From the NCBI GenBank assembly GCA_964057225.1, contig OZ059899.1:3162001-3226000 (forward strand): 64,000 nucleotides of DNA, given 5' to 3'. Below are positions 1 through 14,900 of the stretch, piece by piece; within the stretch, counting starts at the first letter, position 1, and each line of letters begins with the position of its first letter. Made by a program: the position numbers and the translations under genes. The notes under the pieces are model-generated. The model did not search any database. It was not told the origin of the DNA and saw only the letters and a list, made by a program, of their open reading frames with translations. Source of the stretch: Auanema rhodensis. Its lineage: Eukaryota > Animalia > Nematoda.

Positions 1-351
1 TTTTTCGAAAAAATTTTTGTCAAAATGTTTTTGGAAGCAATGTTGAGTGTACATGGAAACTCAACATACACTAATGCATCATTTTTCAAACGATCATAAC
101 TAATTTTTGTATCAAGCGTTTTTCAATGTAGTATAGTGCATTCGATGCGGATTTTTAAGCTGCGTCGATCTGTGTTATCAGATTTGCGCTAGCTTAAAAA
201 TGCACCGAGATATCAACTGATATAAGTTCACACTTATATCCTCGATTTTCACCCTGAAGAAATAATTTTTTCGTTGAATAACATTGTCCATCGTCTTTGC
301 CTTGAAAAAAGGAATCTAAAAACATCTACTTTTTGCTAAATTATTTTGAAA
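1..351. repeat. Representative 351-bp monomer containing several short inverted repeats
   Basis: Perfect inverted repeats: TTTTTCGAAAAA (1-12), ATGTTGAGT/ACTCAACAT (40-48/59-67), ATTTTTAAGCT/AGCTTAAAAAT (151-161/191-201), GATATAAGT/ACTTATATC (219-227/232-240). Imperfect: TCGATGCGG/CTGCGTCGA (142-150/160-168). Confidence 0.95.
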
Positions 352-3300
352 TTTTTCGAAAAAATTTTTGTCAAAATGTTTTTGGAAGCAATGTTGAGTG
401 TACATGGAAACTCAACATACACTAATGCATCATTTTTCAAAAGATCATAACTAATTTTTGACTCAAGCGTTTTTCAATGTAGTATAGTGCATTCGATGCG
501 GATTTTTACGCTGCGTCGATCTGTGTTATCAGATTTGCGCTAGCTTAAAAATGCACCGAGATATCAACTGATATAAGTTCACACTTATATCCTCGATTTT
601 CACCCTGAAGAATTAATTTTTTCGTTGAATAACATTGTCTATCGTCTTTGCTTTGAGAAATGGAATCTAAAAACATCTACTTTTTGCTAAATTATTTTGA
701 AATTTTTTGAAAAAATTTTTGTCAAAATGTTTTTGGAAGCAATGTTGAGTGTACATGGAAACTCAACATACACTAATGCATCATTTTTCAAAAGATCATA
801 ACTAATTTTTGTATCAAGCGTTTTTCAATGTAGTATAGTGCATTCGATGCGGATTTTTAAGCTGCGTCGATCTGTGTTATCAGATTTGCGCTAGCTTAAA
901 AATGCACCGATATATCAACTGATATAAGTTCACACTTATATCCTCGATTTTCACCCTGAAGAAATAATTTTTTCGTTGAATAACATTGTCCATCGTCTTT
1001 GCCTTGAAAAAAGGAATCTAAAAACATCTACTTTTTGCTAAATTATTTTGAAATTTTTTGAAAAAATTTTTGTCAAAATGTTTTTGGAAGCAATGTTGAG
1101 TGTACATGGAAACTCAACATACACTAATGCATCATTTTTCAAAAGATCATAACTAATTTTTGTATCAAGCGTTTTTCAATGTAGTATAGTGCATTCGATG
1201 CGGATTTTTAAGCTGCGTCGATCTGTGTTATCAGATTTGCGCTAGCTTAAAAATGCACCGAGATATCAACTGATATAAGTTCACACTTATATCCTCGATT
1301 TTCACCCTGAAGAAATAATTTTTTCGTTGAATAACATTGTCCATCGTCTTTGCCTTGAAAAAAGGAATCTAAAAACATCTACTTTTTGCTAAATTATTTT
1401 GAAATTTTTCGAAAAAATTTTTGTCAAAATGTTTTTGGAAGCAATGTTGAGTGTACATGGAAACTCAACATACACTAATGCATCATTTTTCAAACGATCA
1501 TAACTAATTTTTGTATCAAGCGTTTTTCAATGTAGTATAGTGCATTCGATGCGGATTTTTAAGCTGCGTCGATCTGTGTTATCAGATTTGCGCTAGCTTA
1601 AAAATGCACCGAGATATCAACTGATATAAGTTCACACTTATATCCTCGATTTTCACCCTGAAGAAATAATTTTTTCGTTGAATAACATTGTCCATCGTCT
1701 TTGCCTTGAAAAAAGGAATCTAAAAACATCTACTTTTTGCTAAATTATTTTGAAATTTTTCGAAAAAATTTTTGTCAAAATGTTTTTGGAAGCAATGTTG
1801 AGTGTACATGGAAACTCAACATACACTAATGCATCATTTTTCAAAAGATCATAACTAATTTTTGACTCAAGCGTTTTTCAATGTAGTATAGTGCATTCGA
1901 TGCGGATTTTTACGCTGCGTCGATCTGTGTTATCAGATTTGCGCTAGCTTAAAAATGCACCGAGATATCAACTGATATAAGTTCACACTTATATCCTCGA
2001 TTTTCACCCTGAAGAAATAATTTTTTCGTTGAATAACATTGTCCATCGTCTTTGCCTTGAAAAAAGGAATCTAAAAACATCTACTTTTTGCTAAATTATT
2101 TTGAAATTTTTCGAAAAAATTTTTGTCAAAATGTTTTTGGAAGCAATGTTGAGTGTACATGGAAACTCAACATACACTAATGCATCATTTTTCAAACGAT
2201 CATAACTAATTTTTGTATCAAGCGTTTTTCAATGTAGTATAGTGCATGCGATGCGGATTTTTAAGCTGCGTCGATCTGTGTTATCAGATTTGCGCTAGCT
2301 TAAAAATGCACCGAGATATCAACTGATATAAGTTCACACTTATATCCTCGATTTTCACCCTGAAGAAATAATTTTTTCGTTGAATAACATTGTCCATCGT
2401 CTTTGCCTTGAAAAAAGGAATCTAAAAACATCTCTTTTTTGCTAAATTATTTTGAAATTTTTCGAAAAAATTTTTGTCAAAATGTTTTTGGAAGCAATGT
2501 TGAGTGTACATGGAAACTCAACATACACTAATGCATCATTTTTCAAAAGATCATAACTAATTTTTGTATCAAGCGTTTTTCAATGTAGTATAGTGCATTC
2601 GATCCGGATTTTTAAGCTGCGTCGATCTGTGTTATCAGATTTGCGCTAGCTTAAAAATGCACCGAGATATCAACTGATATAAGTTCACACTTATATCCTC
2701 GATTTTCACCCTGAAGAAATAATTTTTTCGTTGAATAACATTGTCCATCGTCTTTGCCTTGAAAAAAGGAATCTAAAAACATCTACTTTTTGCTAAATTA
2801 TTTTGAAATTTTTCGAAAAAATTTTTGTCAAAATGTTTTTGGAAGCAATGTTGAGTGTACATGGAAACTCAACATACACTAATGCATCATTTTTCAAAAG
2901 ATCATAACTAATTTTTGACTCAAGCGTTTTTCAATGTAGTATAGTGCATTCGATGCGGATTTTTACGCTGCGTCGATCTGTGTTATCAGATTTGCGCTAG
3001 CTTAAAAATGCACCGAGATATCAACTGATATAAGTTCACACTTATATCCTCGATTTTCACCCTGAAGAAATAATTTTTTCGTTGAATAACATTGTCCATC
3101 GTCTTTGCCTTGAGAAAAGGAATCTAAAAACATCTACTTTTTGCTAAATTATTTTGAAATTTTTCGAAAAAATTTTTGTCAAAATGTTTTTGGAAGCAAT
3201 GTTGAGTGTACATGGAAACTCAACATACACTAATGCATCATTTTTCAAACGATCATAACTAATTTTTGTATTAAGCGTTTCTCAATGTAGTATAGTGCAT

Positions 3301-6300
3301 TCGATGCGGATTTTTAAGCTGCGTCGATCTGTGTTATCAGATTTGCGCTAGCTTAAAAATGCACCGAGATATCAACTGATATAAGTTCACACTTATATCC
3401 TCGATTTTCACCCTGAAGAAATAATTTTTTCGTTGAATAACATTGTCCATCGTCTTTGCCTTGAAAAAAGGAATCTAAAAACATCTACTTTTTGCTAAAT
3501 TATTTTGAAATTTTTCGAAAAAATTTTTGTCAAAATGTTTTTGGAAGCAATGTTGAGTGTACATGGAAACTCAACATACACTAATGCATCATTTTTCAAA
3601 AGATCATAACTAATTTTTGACTCAAGCGTTTTTCAATGTAGTATAGTGCATTCGATGCGGATTTTTACGCTGCGTCGATCTGTGTTATCAGATTTGCGCT
3701 AGCTTAAAAATGCACCGAGATATCAACTGATATAAGTTCACACTTATATCCTCGATTTTCACCCTGAAGAAATAATTTTTTCGTTGAATAACATTGTCCA
3801 TCGTCTTTGCCTTGAAAAAAGGAATCTAAAAACATCTACTTTTTGCTAAATTATTTTGAAATTTTTCGAAAAAATTTTTGTCAAAATGTTTTTGGAAGCA
3901 ATGTTGAGTGTACATGGAAACTCAACATACACTAATGCATCATTTTTCAAACGATCATAACTAATTTTTGTATTAAGCGTTTCTCAATGTAGTATAGTGC
4001 ATTCGATGCGGATTTTTAAGCTGCGTCGATCTGTGTTATCAGATTTGCGCTAGCTTAAAAATGCACCGAGATATCAACTGATATAAGTTCACACTTATAT
4101 CCTCGATTTTCACCCTGAAGAAATAATTTTTTCGTTGAATAACATTGTCCATCGTCTTTGCCTTGAAAAAAGGAATCTAAAAACATCTACTTTTTGCTAA
4201 ATTATTTTGAAATTTTTCGAAAAAATTTTTGTCAAAATGTTTTTGGAAGCAATGTTGAGTGTACATGGAAACTCAACATACACTAATGCATCATTTTTCA
4301 AAAGATCATAACTAATTTTTGTATCAAGCGTTTTTCAATGTAGTATAGTGCATTCGATGCGGATTTTTACGCTGCGTCGATCTGTGTTATCAGATTTGCG
4401 CTAGCTTAAAAATGCACCGATATATCAACTGATATAAGTTCACACTTATATCCTCGATTTTCACCCTGAAGAAATAATTTTTTCGTTGAATAACATTGTC
4501 CATCGTCTTTGCCTTGAAAAAAGGAATCTAAAAACATCTACTTTTTGCTAAATTATTTTGAAATTTTTCGAAAAAATTTTTGTCAAAATGTTTTTGGAAG
4601 CAATGTTGAGTGTACATGGAAACTCAACATACACTAATGCATCATTTTTCAAAAGATCATAACTAATTTTTGTATCAAGCGTTTTTCAATGTAGTATAGT
4701 GCATTCGATCCGGATTTTTAAGCTGCGTCGATCTGTGTTATCAGATTTGCGCTAGCTTAAAAATGCACCGAGATATCAACTGATATAAGTTCACACTTAT
4801 ATCCTCGATTTTCACCCTGAAGAAATAATTTTTTCGTTGAATAACATTGTCCATCGTCTTTGCCTTGAAAAAAGGAATCTAAAAACATCTACTTTTTGCT
4901 AAATTATTTTGAAATTTTTCGAAAAAATTTTTGTCAAAATGTTTTTGGAAGCAATGTTGAGTGTACATGGAAACTCAACATACACTAATGCATCATTTTT
5001 CAAAAGATCATAACTAATTTTTGACTCAAGCGTTTTTCAATGTAGTATAGTGCATTCGATGCGGATTTTTACGCTGCGTCGATCTGTGTTATCAGATTTG
5101 CGCTAGCTTAAAAATGCACCGAGATATCAACTGATATAAGTTCACACTTATATCCTCGATTTTCACCCTGAAGAAATAATTTTTTCGTTGAATAACATTG
5201 TCCATCGTCTTTGCCTTGAAAAAAGGAATCTAAAAACATCTACTTTTTGCTAAATTATTTTGAAATTTTTCGAAAAAATTTTTGTCAAAATGTTTTTGGA
5301 AGCAATGTTGAGTGTACATGGAAACTCAACATACACTAATGCATCATTTTTCAAAAGATTATAACTAATTTTTGTATCAAGCGTTTTTCAATGTAGTATA
5401 GTGCATTCGATGCGGATTTTTACGCTGCGTCGATCTGTGTTATCAGATTTGCGCTAGCTTAAAAATGCACCGAGATATCAACTGATATAAGTTCACACTT
5501 ATATCCTCGATTTTCACCCTGAAGAATTAATTTTTTCGTTGAATAACATTGTCCATCGTCTTTGCCTTGAAAAATGGAATCTTAAAACATCTACTTTTTG
5601 CTAAATTATTTTGAAATTTTTCGAAAAAATTTTTGTCAAAATGTTTTTGGAAGCAATGTTGAGTGTACATGGAAACTCAACATACACTAATGCATCATTT
5701 TTCAAACGATCATAACTAATTTTTGTATTAAGCGTTTCTCAATGTAGTATAGTGCATTCGATGCGGATTTTTAAGCTGCGTCGATCTGTGTTATCAAATT
5801 TGCGCTAGCTTAAAAATGCACCGAGATATCAACTGATATAAGTTCACACTTATATCCTCGATTTTCACCCTGAAGAAATAATTTTTTTGTTGAATAACAT
5901 TGTCCATCGTCTTTGCCTTGAAAAAAGGAATCTAAAAACATCTACTTTTTGCTAAATTATTTTGAAATTTTTCGAAAAAATTTTTGTCAAAATGTTTTTG
6001 GAAGCAATGTTGAGTGTACATGGAAACTCAACATACACTAATGCATCATTTTTCAAACGATCATAACTAATTTTTGTATCAAGCGTTTTTCAATGTAGTA
6101 TAGTGCATTCGATGCGAATTTTTAAGCTGCGTCGATCTGTGTTATCAGATTTGCGCTAGCTTAAAAATGCACCGAGATATCAACTGATATAAGTTCACAC
6201 TTATATCCTCGATTTTCACCCTGAAGAATTAATTTTTTCGTTGAATAACATTGTCTATCGTCTTTGCTTTGAGAAATGGAATCTAAAAACATCTACTTTT

Positions 6301-9125
6301 TGCTAAATTATTTTGAAATTTTTTGAAAAAATTTTTGTCAAAATGTTTTTGGAAGCAATGTTGAGTGTACATGGAAACTCAACATACACTAATGCATCAT
6401 TTTTCAAAAGATCATAACTAATTTTTGTATCAAGCGTTTTTCAATGTAGTATAGTGCATTCGATGCGGATTTTTAAGCTGCGTCGATCTGTGTTATCAGA
6501 TTTGCGCTAGCTTAAAAATGCACCGAGATATCAACTGATATAAGTTCACACTTATATCCTCGATTTTCACCCTGAAGAATTAATTTTTTCGTTGAATAAC
6601 ATTGTCTATCGTCTTTGCCTTGAGAAATGGAATCTAAAAACATCTACTTTTTGCTAAATTATTTTGAAATTTTTCGAAAAAATTTTTGTCAAAATGTTTT
6701 TGGAAGCAATGTTGAGTGTACATGGAAACTCAACATACACTAATGCATCATTTTTCAAAAGATCATAACTAATTTTTGTATCAAGCGTTTTTCAATGTAG
6801 TATAGTGCATTCGATGCGGATTTTTACGCTGCGTCGATCTGTCTTATCAGATTTGCGCTAGCTTAAAAATGCACCGATATATCAACTGATATGAGTTCAC
6901 ACTTATATCCTCGATTTTCACCCTGAAGAAATAATTTTTTCGTTGAATAACATTGTCCATCGTCTTTGCCTTGAAAAAAGGAATCTAAAAACATCTACTT
7001 TTTGCTAAATTATTTTGAAATTTTTCGAAAAAATTTTTGTCAAAATGTTTTTGGAAGCAATGTTGAGTGTACATGGAAACTCAACATACACTAATGCATC
7101 ATTTTTCAAACGATCATAACTAATTTGTATATCAGCGTTTTTCAATGTAGTATAGTGCATTCGATGCGGATTTTTAAGCTGCGTCGATCTGTGTTATCAG
7201 ATTTGCGCTAGCTTAAAAATGCACCGAGATATCAACTGATATAAGTTCACACTTATATCCTCGATTTTCACCCTGAAGAAATAATTTTTTCGTTGAATAA
7301 CATTGTCCATCGTCTTTGCCTTGAAAAAAGGAATCTAAAAACATCTACTTTTTGCTAAATTATTTTGAAATTTTTCGAAAAAATTTTTGTCAAAATGTTT
7401 TTGGAAGCAATGTTGAGTGTACATGGAAACTCAACATACACTAATGCATCATTTTTCAAAAGATCATAACTAATTTTTGACTCAAGCGTTTTTCAATGTA
7501 GTATAGTGCATTCGATGCGGATTTTTACGCTGCGTCGATCTGTGTTATCAGATTTGCGCTAGCTTAAAAATGCACCGAGATATCAACTGATATAAGTTCA
7601 CACTTATATCCTCGATTTTCACCCTGAAGAATTAATTTTTTCGTTGAATAACATTGTCTATCGTCTTTGCTTTGAGAAATGGAATCTAAAAACATCTACT
7701 TTTTGCTAAATTATTTTGAAATTTTTTGAAAAAATTTTTGTCAAAATGTTTTTGGAAGCAATGTTGAGTGTACATGGAAACTCAACATACACTAATGCAT
7801 CATTTTTCAAAAGATCATAACTAATTTTTGTATCAAGCGTTTTTCAATGTAGTATAGTGCATTCGATGCGGATTTTTAAGCTGCGTCGATCTGTGTTATC
7901 AGATTTGCGCTAGCTTAAAAATGCACCGATATATCAACTGATATAAGTTCACACTTATATCCTCGATTTTCACCCTGAAGAAATAATTTTTTCGTTGAAT
8001 AACATTGTCCATCGTCTTTGCCTTGAAAAAAGGAATCTAAAAACATCTACTTTTTGCTAAATTATTTTGAAATTTTTCGAAAAAATTTTTGTCAAAATGT
8101 TTTTGGAAGCAATGTTGAGTGTACATGGAAACTCAACATACACTAATGCATCATTTTTCAAACGATCATAACTAATTTTTGTATCAAGCGTTTTTCAATG
8201 TAGTATAGTGCATTCGATGCGGATTTTTAAGCTGCGTCGATCTGTGTTATCAGATTTGCGCTAGCTTAAAAATGCACCGAGATATCAACTGATATAAGTT
8301 CACACTTATATCCTCGATTTTCACCCTGAAGAAATAATTTTTTCGTTGAATAACATTGTCCATCGTCTTTGCCTTGAAAAAAGGAATCTAAAAACATCTA
8401 CTTTTTGCTAAATTATTTTGAAATTTTTCGAAAAAATTTTTGTCAAAATGTTTTTGGAAGCAATGTTGAGTGTACATGGAAACTCAACATACACTAATGC
8501 ATCATTTTTCAAAAGATCATAACTAATTTTTGACTCAAGCGTTTTTCAATGTAGTATAGTGCATTCGATGCGGATTTTTACGCTGCGTCGATCTGTGTTA
8601 TCAGATTTGCGCTAGCTTAAAAATGCACCGAGATATCAACTGATATAAGTTCACACTTATATCCTCGATTTTCACCCTGAAGAAATAATTTTTTCGTTGA
8701 ATAACATTGTCCATCGTCTTTGCCTTGAAAAAAGGAATCTAAAAACATCTACTTTTTGCTAAATTATTTCGAAATTTTTCGAAAAAATTTTTGTCAAAAT
8801 GTTTTTGGAAGCAATGTTGAGTGTACATGGAAACTCAACATACACTAATGCATCATTTTTCAAAAGATCATAACTAATTTTTGTATCAAGCGTTTTTCAA
8901 TGTAGTATAGTGCATTCGATGCGGATTTTTACGCTGCGTCGATCTGTGTTATCAGATTTGCGCTAGCTTAAAAATGCACCGAGATATCAACTGATATAAG
9001 TTCACACTTATATCCTCGATTTTCACCCTGAAGAAATAATTTTTTCGTTGAATAACATTGTCCATCGTCTTTGCCTTGAAAAAAGGAATCTAAAAACATC
9101 TACTTTTTGCTAAATTATTTTGAAA

Positions 9126-11933
9126 TTTTTCGAAAAAATTTTTGTCAAAATGTTTTTGGAAGCAATGTTGAGTGTACATGGAAACTCAACATACACTAAT
9201 GCATCATTTTTCAAACGATCATAACTAATTTTTGTATCAAGCGTTTTTCAATGTAGTATAGTGCATGCGATGCGGATTTTTAAGCTGCGTCGATCTGTGT
9301 TATCAGATTTGCGCTAGCTTAAAAATGCACCGAGATATCAACTGATATAAGTTCACACTTATATCCTCGATTTTCACCCTGAAGAAATAATTTTTTCGTT
9401 GAATAACATTGTCCATCGTCTTTGCCTTGAAAAAAGGAATCTAAAAACATCTACTTTTTGCTAAATTATTTTGAAATTTTTCGAAAAAATTTTTGTCAAA
9501 ATGTTTTTGGAAGCAATGTTGAGTGTACATGGAAACTCAACATACACTAATGCATCATTTTTCAAAAGATCATAACTAATTTTTGTATCAAGCGTTTTTC
9601 AATGTAGTATAGTGCATTCGATCCGGATTTTTAAGCTGCGTCGATCTGTGTTATCAGATTTGCGCTAGCTTAAAAATGCACCGAGATATCAACTGATATA
9701 AGTTCACACTTATATCCTCGATTTTCACCCTGAAGAAATAATTTTTTCGTTGAATAACATTGTCCATCGTCTTTGCCTTGAAAAAAGGAATCTAAAAACA
9801 TCTACTTTTTGCTAAATTATTTTGAAATTTTTCGAAAAAATTTTTGTCAAAATGTTTTTGGAAGCAATGTTGAGTGTACATGGAAACTCAACATACACTA
9901 ATGCATCATTTTTCAAAAGATCATAACTAATTTTTGACTCAAGCGTTTTTCAATGTAGTATAGTGCATGCGATGCGGATTTTTAAGCTGCGTCGATCTGT
10001 GTTATCAGATTTGCGCTAGCTTAAAAATGCACCGAGATATCAACTGATATAAGTTCACACTTATATCCTCGATTTTCACCCTGAAGAAATAATTTTTTCG
10101 TTGAATAACATTGTCCATCGTCTTTGCCTTGAAAAAAGGAATCTAAAAACATCTACTTTTTGCTAAATTATTTTGAAATTTTTCGAAAAAATTTTTGTCA
10201 AAATGTTTTTGGAAGCAATGTTGAGTGTACATGGAAACTCAACATACACTAATGCATCATTTTTCAAAAGATCATAACTAATTTTTGTATCAAGCGTTTT
10301 TCAATGTAGTATAGTGCATTCGATCCGGATTTTTAAGCTGCGTCGATCTGTGTTATCAGATTTGCGCTAGCTTAAAAATGCACCGAGATATCAACTGATA
10401 TAAGTTCACACTTATATCCTCGATTTTCACCCTGAAGAAATAATTTTTTCGTTGAATAACATTGTCCATCGTCTTTGCCTTGAAAAAAGGAATCTAAAAA
10501 CATCTACTTTTTGCTAAATTATTTTGAAATTTTTCGAAAAAATTTTTGTCAAAATGTTTTTGGAAGCAATGTTGAGTGTACATGGAAACTCAACATACAC
10601 TAATGCATCATTTTTCAAACGATCATAACTAATTTTTGTATCAAGCGTTTTTCAATGTAGTATAGTGCATGCGATGCGGATTTTTAAGCTGCGTCGATCT
10701 GTGTTATCAGATTTGCGCTAGCTTAAAAATGCACCGAGATATCAACTGATATAAGTTCACACTTATATCCTCGATTTTCACCCTGAAGAAATAATTTTTT
10801 CGTTGAATAACATTGTCCATCGTCTTTGCCTTGAAAAAAGGAATCTAAAAACATCTACTTTTTGCTAAATTATTTTGAAATTTTTCGAAAAAATTTTTGT
10901 CAAAATGTTTTTGGAAGCAATGTTGAGTGTACATGGAAACTCAACATACACTAATGCATCATTTTTCAAAAGATCATAACTAATTTTTGTATCAAGCGTT
11001 TTTCAATGTAGTATAGTGCATTCGATCCGGATTTTTAAGCTGCGTCGATCTGTGTTATCAGATTTGCGCTAGCTTAAAAATGCACCGAGATATCAACTGA
11101 TATAAGTTCACACTTATATCCTCGATTTTCACCCTGAAGAAATAATTTTTTCGTTGAATAACATTGTCCATCGTCTTTGCCTTGAAAAAAGGAATCTAAA
11201 AACATCTACTTTTTGCTAAATTATTTTGAAATTTTTCGAAAAAATTTTTGTCAAAATGTTTTTGGAAGCAATGTTGAGTGTACATGGAAACTCAACATAC
11301 ACTAATGCATCATTTTTCAAAAGATCATAACTAATTTTTGACTCAAGCGTTTTTCAATGTAGTATAGTGCATGCGATGCGGATTTTTAAGCTGCGTCGAT
11401 CTGTGTTATCAGATTTGCGCTAGCTTAAAAATGCACCGAGATATCAACTGATATAAGTTCACACTTATATCCTCGATTTTCACCCTGAAGAAATAATTTT
11501 TTCGTTGAATAACATTGTCCATCGTCTTTGCCTTGAAAAAAGGAATCTAAAAACATCTACTTTTTGCTAAATTATTTTGAAATTTTTCGAAAAAATTTTT
11601 GTCAAAATGTTTTTGGAAGCAATGTTGAGTGTACATGGAAACTCAACATACACTAATGCATCATTTTTCAAAAGATCATAACTAATTTTTGTATCAAGCG
11701 TTTTTCAATGTAGTATAGTGCATTCGATCCGGATTTTTAAGCTGCGTCGATCTGTGTTATCAGATTTGCGCTAGCTTAAAAATGCACCGAGATATCAACT
11801 GATATAAGTTCACACTTATATCCTCGATTTTCACCCTGAAGAAATAATTTTTTCGTTGAATAACATTGTCCATCGTCTTTGCCTTGAAAAAAGGAATCTA
11901 AAAACATCTACTTTTTGCTAAATTATTTTGAAA
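9126..11933. repeat. 702-bp dimer higher-order repeat, 4 units
   Basis: Monomers with GCATGCGATGC (~9267, 9969, 10671, 11373) alternate with monomers carrying TTCGATCCGG (~9623, 10325, 11027, 11729). Confidence 0.9.
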
Positions 11934-14900
11934 TTTTTCGAAAAAATTTTTGTCAAAATGTTTTTGGAAGCAATGTTGAGTGTACATGGAAACTCAACAT
12001 ACACTAATGCATCATTTTTCAAAAGATCATAACTAATTTTTGACTCAAGCGTTTTTCAATGTAGTATAGTGCATTCGATGCGGATTTTTACGCTGCGTCG
12101 ATCTGTGTTATCAGATTTGCGCTAGCTTAAAAATGCACCGAGATATCAACTGATATAAGTTCACACTTATATCCTCGATTTTCACCCTGAAGAAATAATT
12201 TTTTCGTTGAATAACATTGTCCATCGTCTTTGCCTTGAAAAAAAGGAATCTAAAAACATCTACTTTTTGCTAAATTATTTTGAAATTTTTCGAAAAAATT
12301 TTTGTCAAAATGTTTTTGGAAGCAATGTTGAGTGTACATGGAAACTCAACATACACTAATGCATCATTTTTCAAACGATCATAACTAATTTTTGTATTAA
12401 GCGTTTCTCAATGTAGTATAGTGCATTCGATGCGGATTTTTAAGCTGCGTCGATCTGTGTTATCAGATTTGCGCTAGCTTAAAAATGCACCGAGATATCA
12501 ACTGATATAAGTTCACACTTATATCCTCGATTTTCACCCTGAAGAAATAATTTTTTCGTTGAATAACATTGTCCATCGTCTTTGCCTTGAAAAAAGGAAT
12601 CTAAAAACATCTACTTTTTGCTAAATTATTTTGAAATTTTTCGAAAAAATTTTTGTCAAAATGTTTTTGGAAGCAATGTTGAGTGTACATGGAAACTCAA
12701 CATACACTAATGCATCATTTTTCAAAAGATCATAACTAATTTTTGTATCAAGCGTTTTTCAATGTAGTATAGTGCATTCGATGCGGATTTTTACGCTGCG
12801 TCGATCTGTGTTATCAGATTTGCGCTAGCTTAAAAATGCACCGATATATCAACTGATATAAGTTCACACTTATATCCTCGATTTTCACCCTGAAGAAATA
12901 ATTTTTTCGTTGAATAACATTGTCCATCGTCTTTGCCTTGAAAAAAGGAATCTAAAAACATCTACTTTTTGCTAAATTATTTTAAAATTTTTCGAAAAAA
13001 TTTTTGTCAAAATGTTTTTGGAAGCAATGTTGAGTGTACATGGAAACTCAACATACACTAATGCATCATTTTTCAAAAGATCATAACTAATTTTTGTATC
13101 AAGCGTTTTTCAATGTAGTATAGTGCATTCGATCCGGATTTTTAAGCTGCGTCGATCTGTGTTATCAGATTTGCGCTAGCTTAAAAATGCACCGAGATAT
13201 CAACTGATATAAGTTCACACTTATATCCTCGATTTTCACCCTGAAGAAATAATTTTTTCGTTGAATAACATTGTCCATCGTCTTTGCCTTGAAAAAAGGA
13301 ATCTAAAAACATCTACTTTTTGCTAAATTATTTTGAAATTTTTCGAAAAAATTTTTGTCAAAATGTTTTTGGAAGCAATGTTGAGTGTACATGGAAACTC
13401 AACATACACTAATGCATCATTTTTCAAAAGATCATAACTAATTTTTGACTCAAGCGTTTTTCAATGTAGTATAGTGCATTCGATGCGGATTTTTACGCTG
13501 CGTCGATCTGTGTTATCAGATTTGCGCTAGCTTAAAAATGCACCGAGATATCAACTGATATAAGTTCACACTTATATCCTCGATTTTCACCCTGAAGAAA
13601 TAATTTTTTCGTTGAATAACATTGTCCATCGTCTTTGCCTTGAAAAAAGGAATCTAAAAACATCTACTTTTTGCTAAATTATTTTGAAATTTTTCGAAAA
13701 AATTTTTGTCAAAATGTTTTTGGAAGCAATGTTGAGTGTACATGGAAACTCAACATACACTAATGCATCATTTTTCAAAAGATTATAACTAATTTTTGTA
13801 TCAAGCGTTTTTCAATGTAGTATAGTGCATTCGATGCGGATTTTTACGCTGCGTCGATCTGTGTTATCAGATTTGCGCTAGCTTAAAAATGCACCGAGAT
13901 ATCAACTGATATAAGTTCACACTTATATCCTCGATTTTCACCCTGAAGAATTAATTTTTTCGTTGAATAACATTGTCCATCGTCTTTGCCTTGAAAAATG
14001 GAATCTTAAAACATCTACTTTTTGCTAAATTATTTTGAAATTTTTCGAAAAAATTTTTGTCAAAATGTTTTTGGAAGCAATGTTGAGTGTACATGGAAAC
14101 TCAACATACACTAATGCATCATTTTTCAAACGATCATAACTAATTTTTGTATTAAGCGTTTCTCAATGTAGTATAGTGCATTCGATGCGGATTTTTAAGC
14201 TGCGTCGATCTGTGTTATCAAATTTGCGCTAGCTTAAAAATGCACCGAGATATCAACTGATATAAGTTCACACTTATATCCTCGATTTTCACCCTGAAGA
14301 AATAATTTTTTCGTTGAATAACATTGTCCATCGTCTTTGCCTTGAAAAAAGGAATCTAAAAACATCTACTTTTTGCTAAATTATTTTGAAATTTTTCGAA
14401 AAAATTTTTGTCAAAATGTTTTTGGAAGCAATGTTGAGTGTACATGGAAACTCAACATACACTAATGCATCATTTTTCAAACGATCATAACTAATTTTTG
14501 TATTAAGCGTTTCTCAATGTAGTATAGTGCATTCGATGCGGATTTTTACGCTGCGTCGATCTGTGTTATCAGATTTGCGCTAGCTTAAAAATGCACCGAG
14601 ATATCAACTGATATAAGTTCACACTTATATCCTCGATTTTCACCCTGAAGAATTAATTTTTTCGTTGAATAACATTGTCCATCGTCTTTGCCTTGAAAAA
14701 TGGAATCTTAAAACATCTACTTTTTGCTAAATTATTTTGAAATTTTTCGAAAAAATTTTTGTCAAAATGTTTTTGGAAGCAATGTTGAGTGTACATGGAA
14801 ACTCAACATACACTAATGCATCATTTTTCAAACGATCATAACTAATTTTTGTATTAAGCGTTTCTCAATGTAGTATAGTGCATTCGATGCGGATTTTTAA

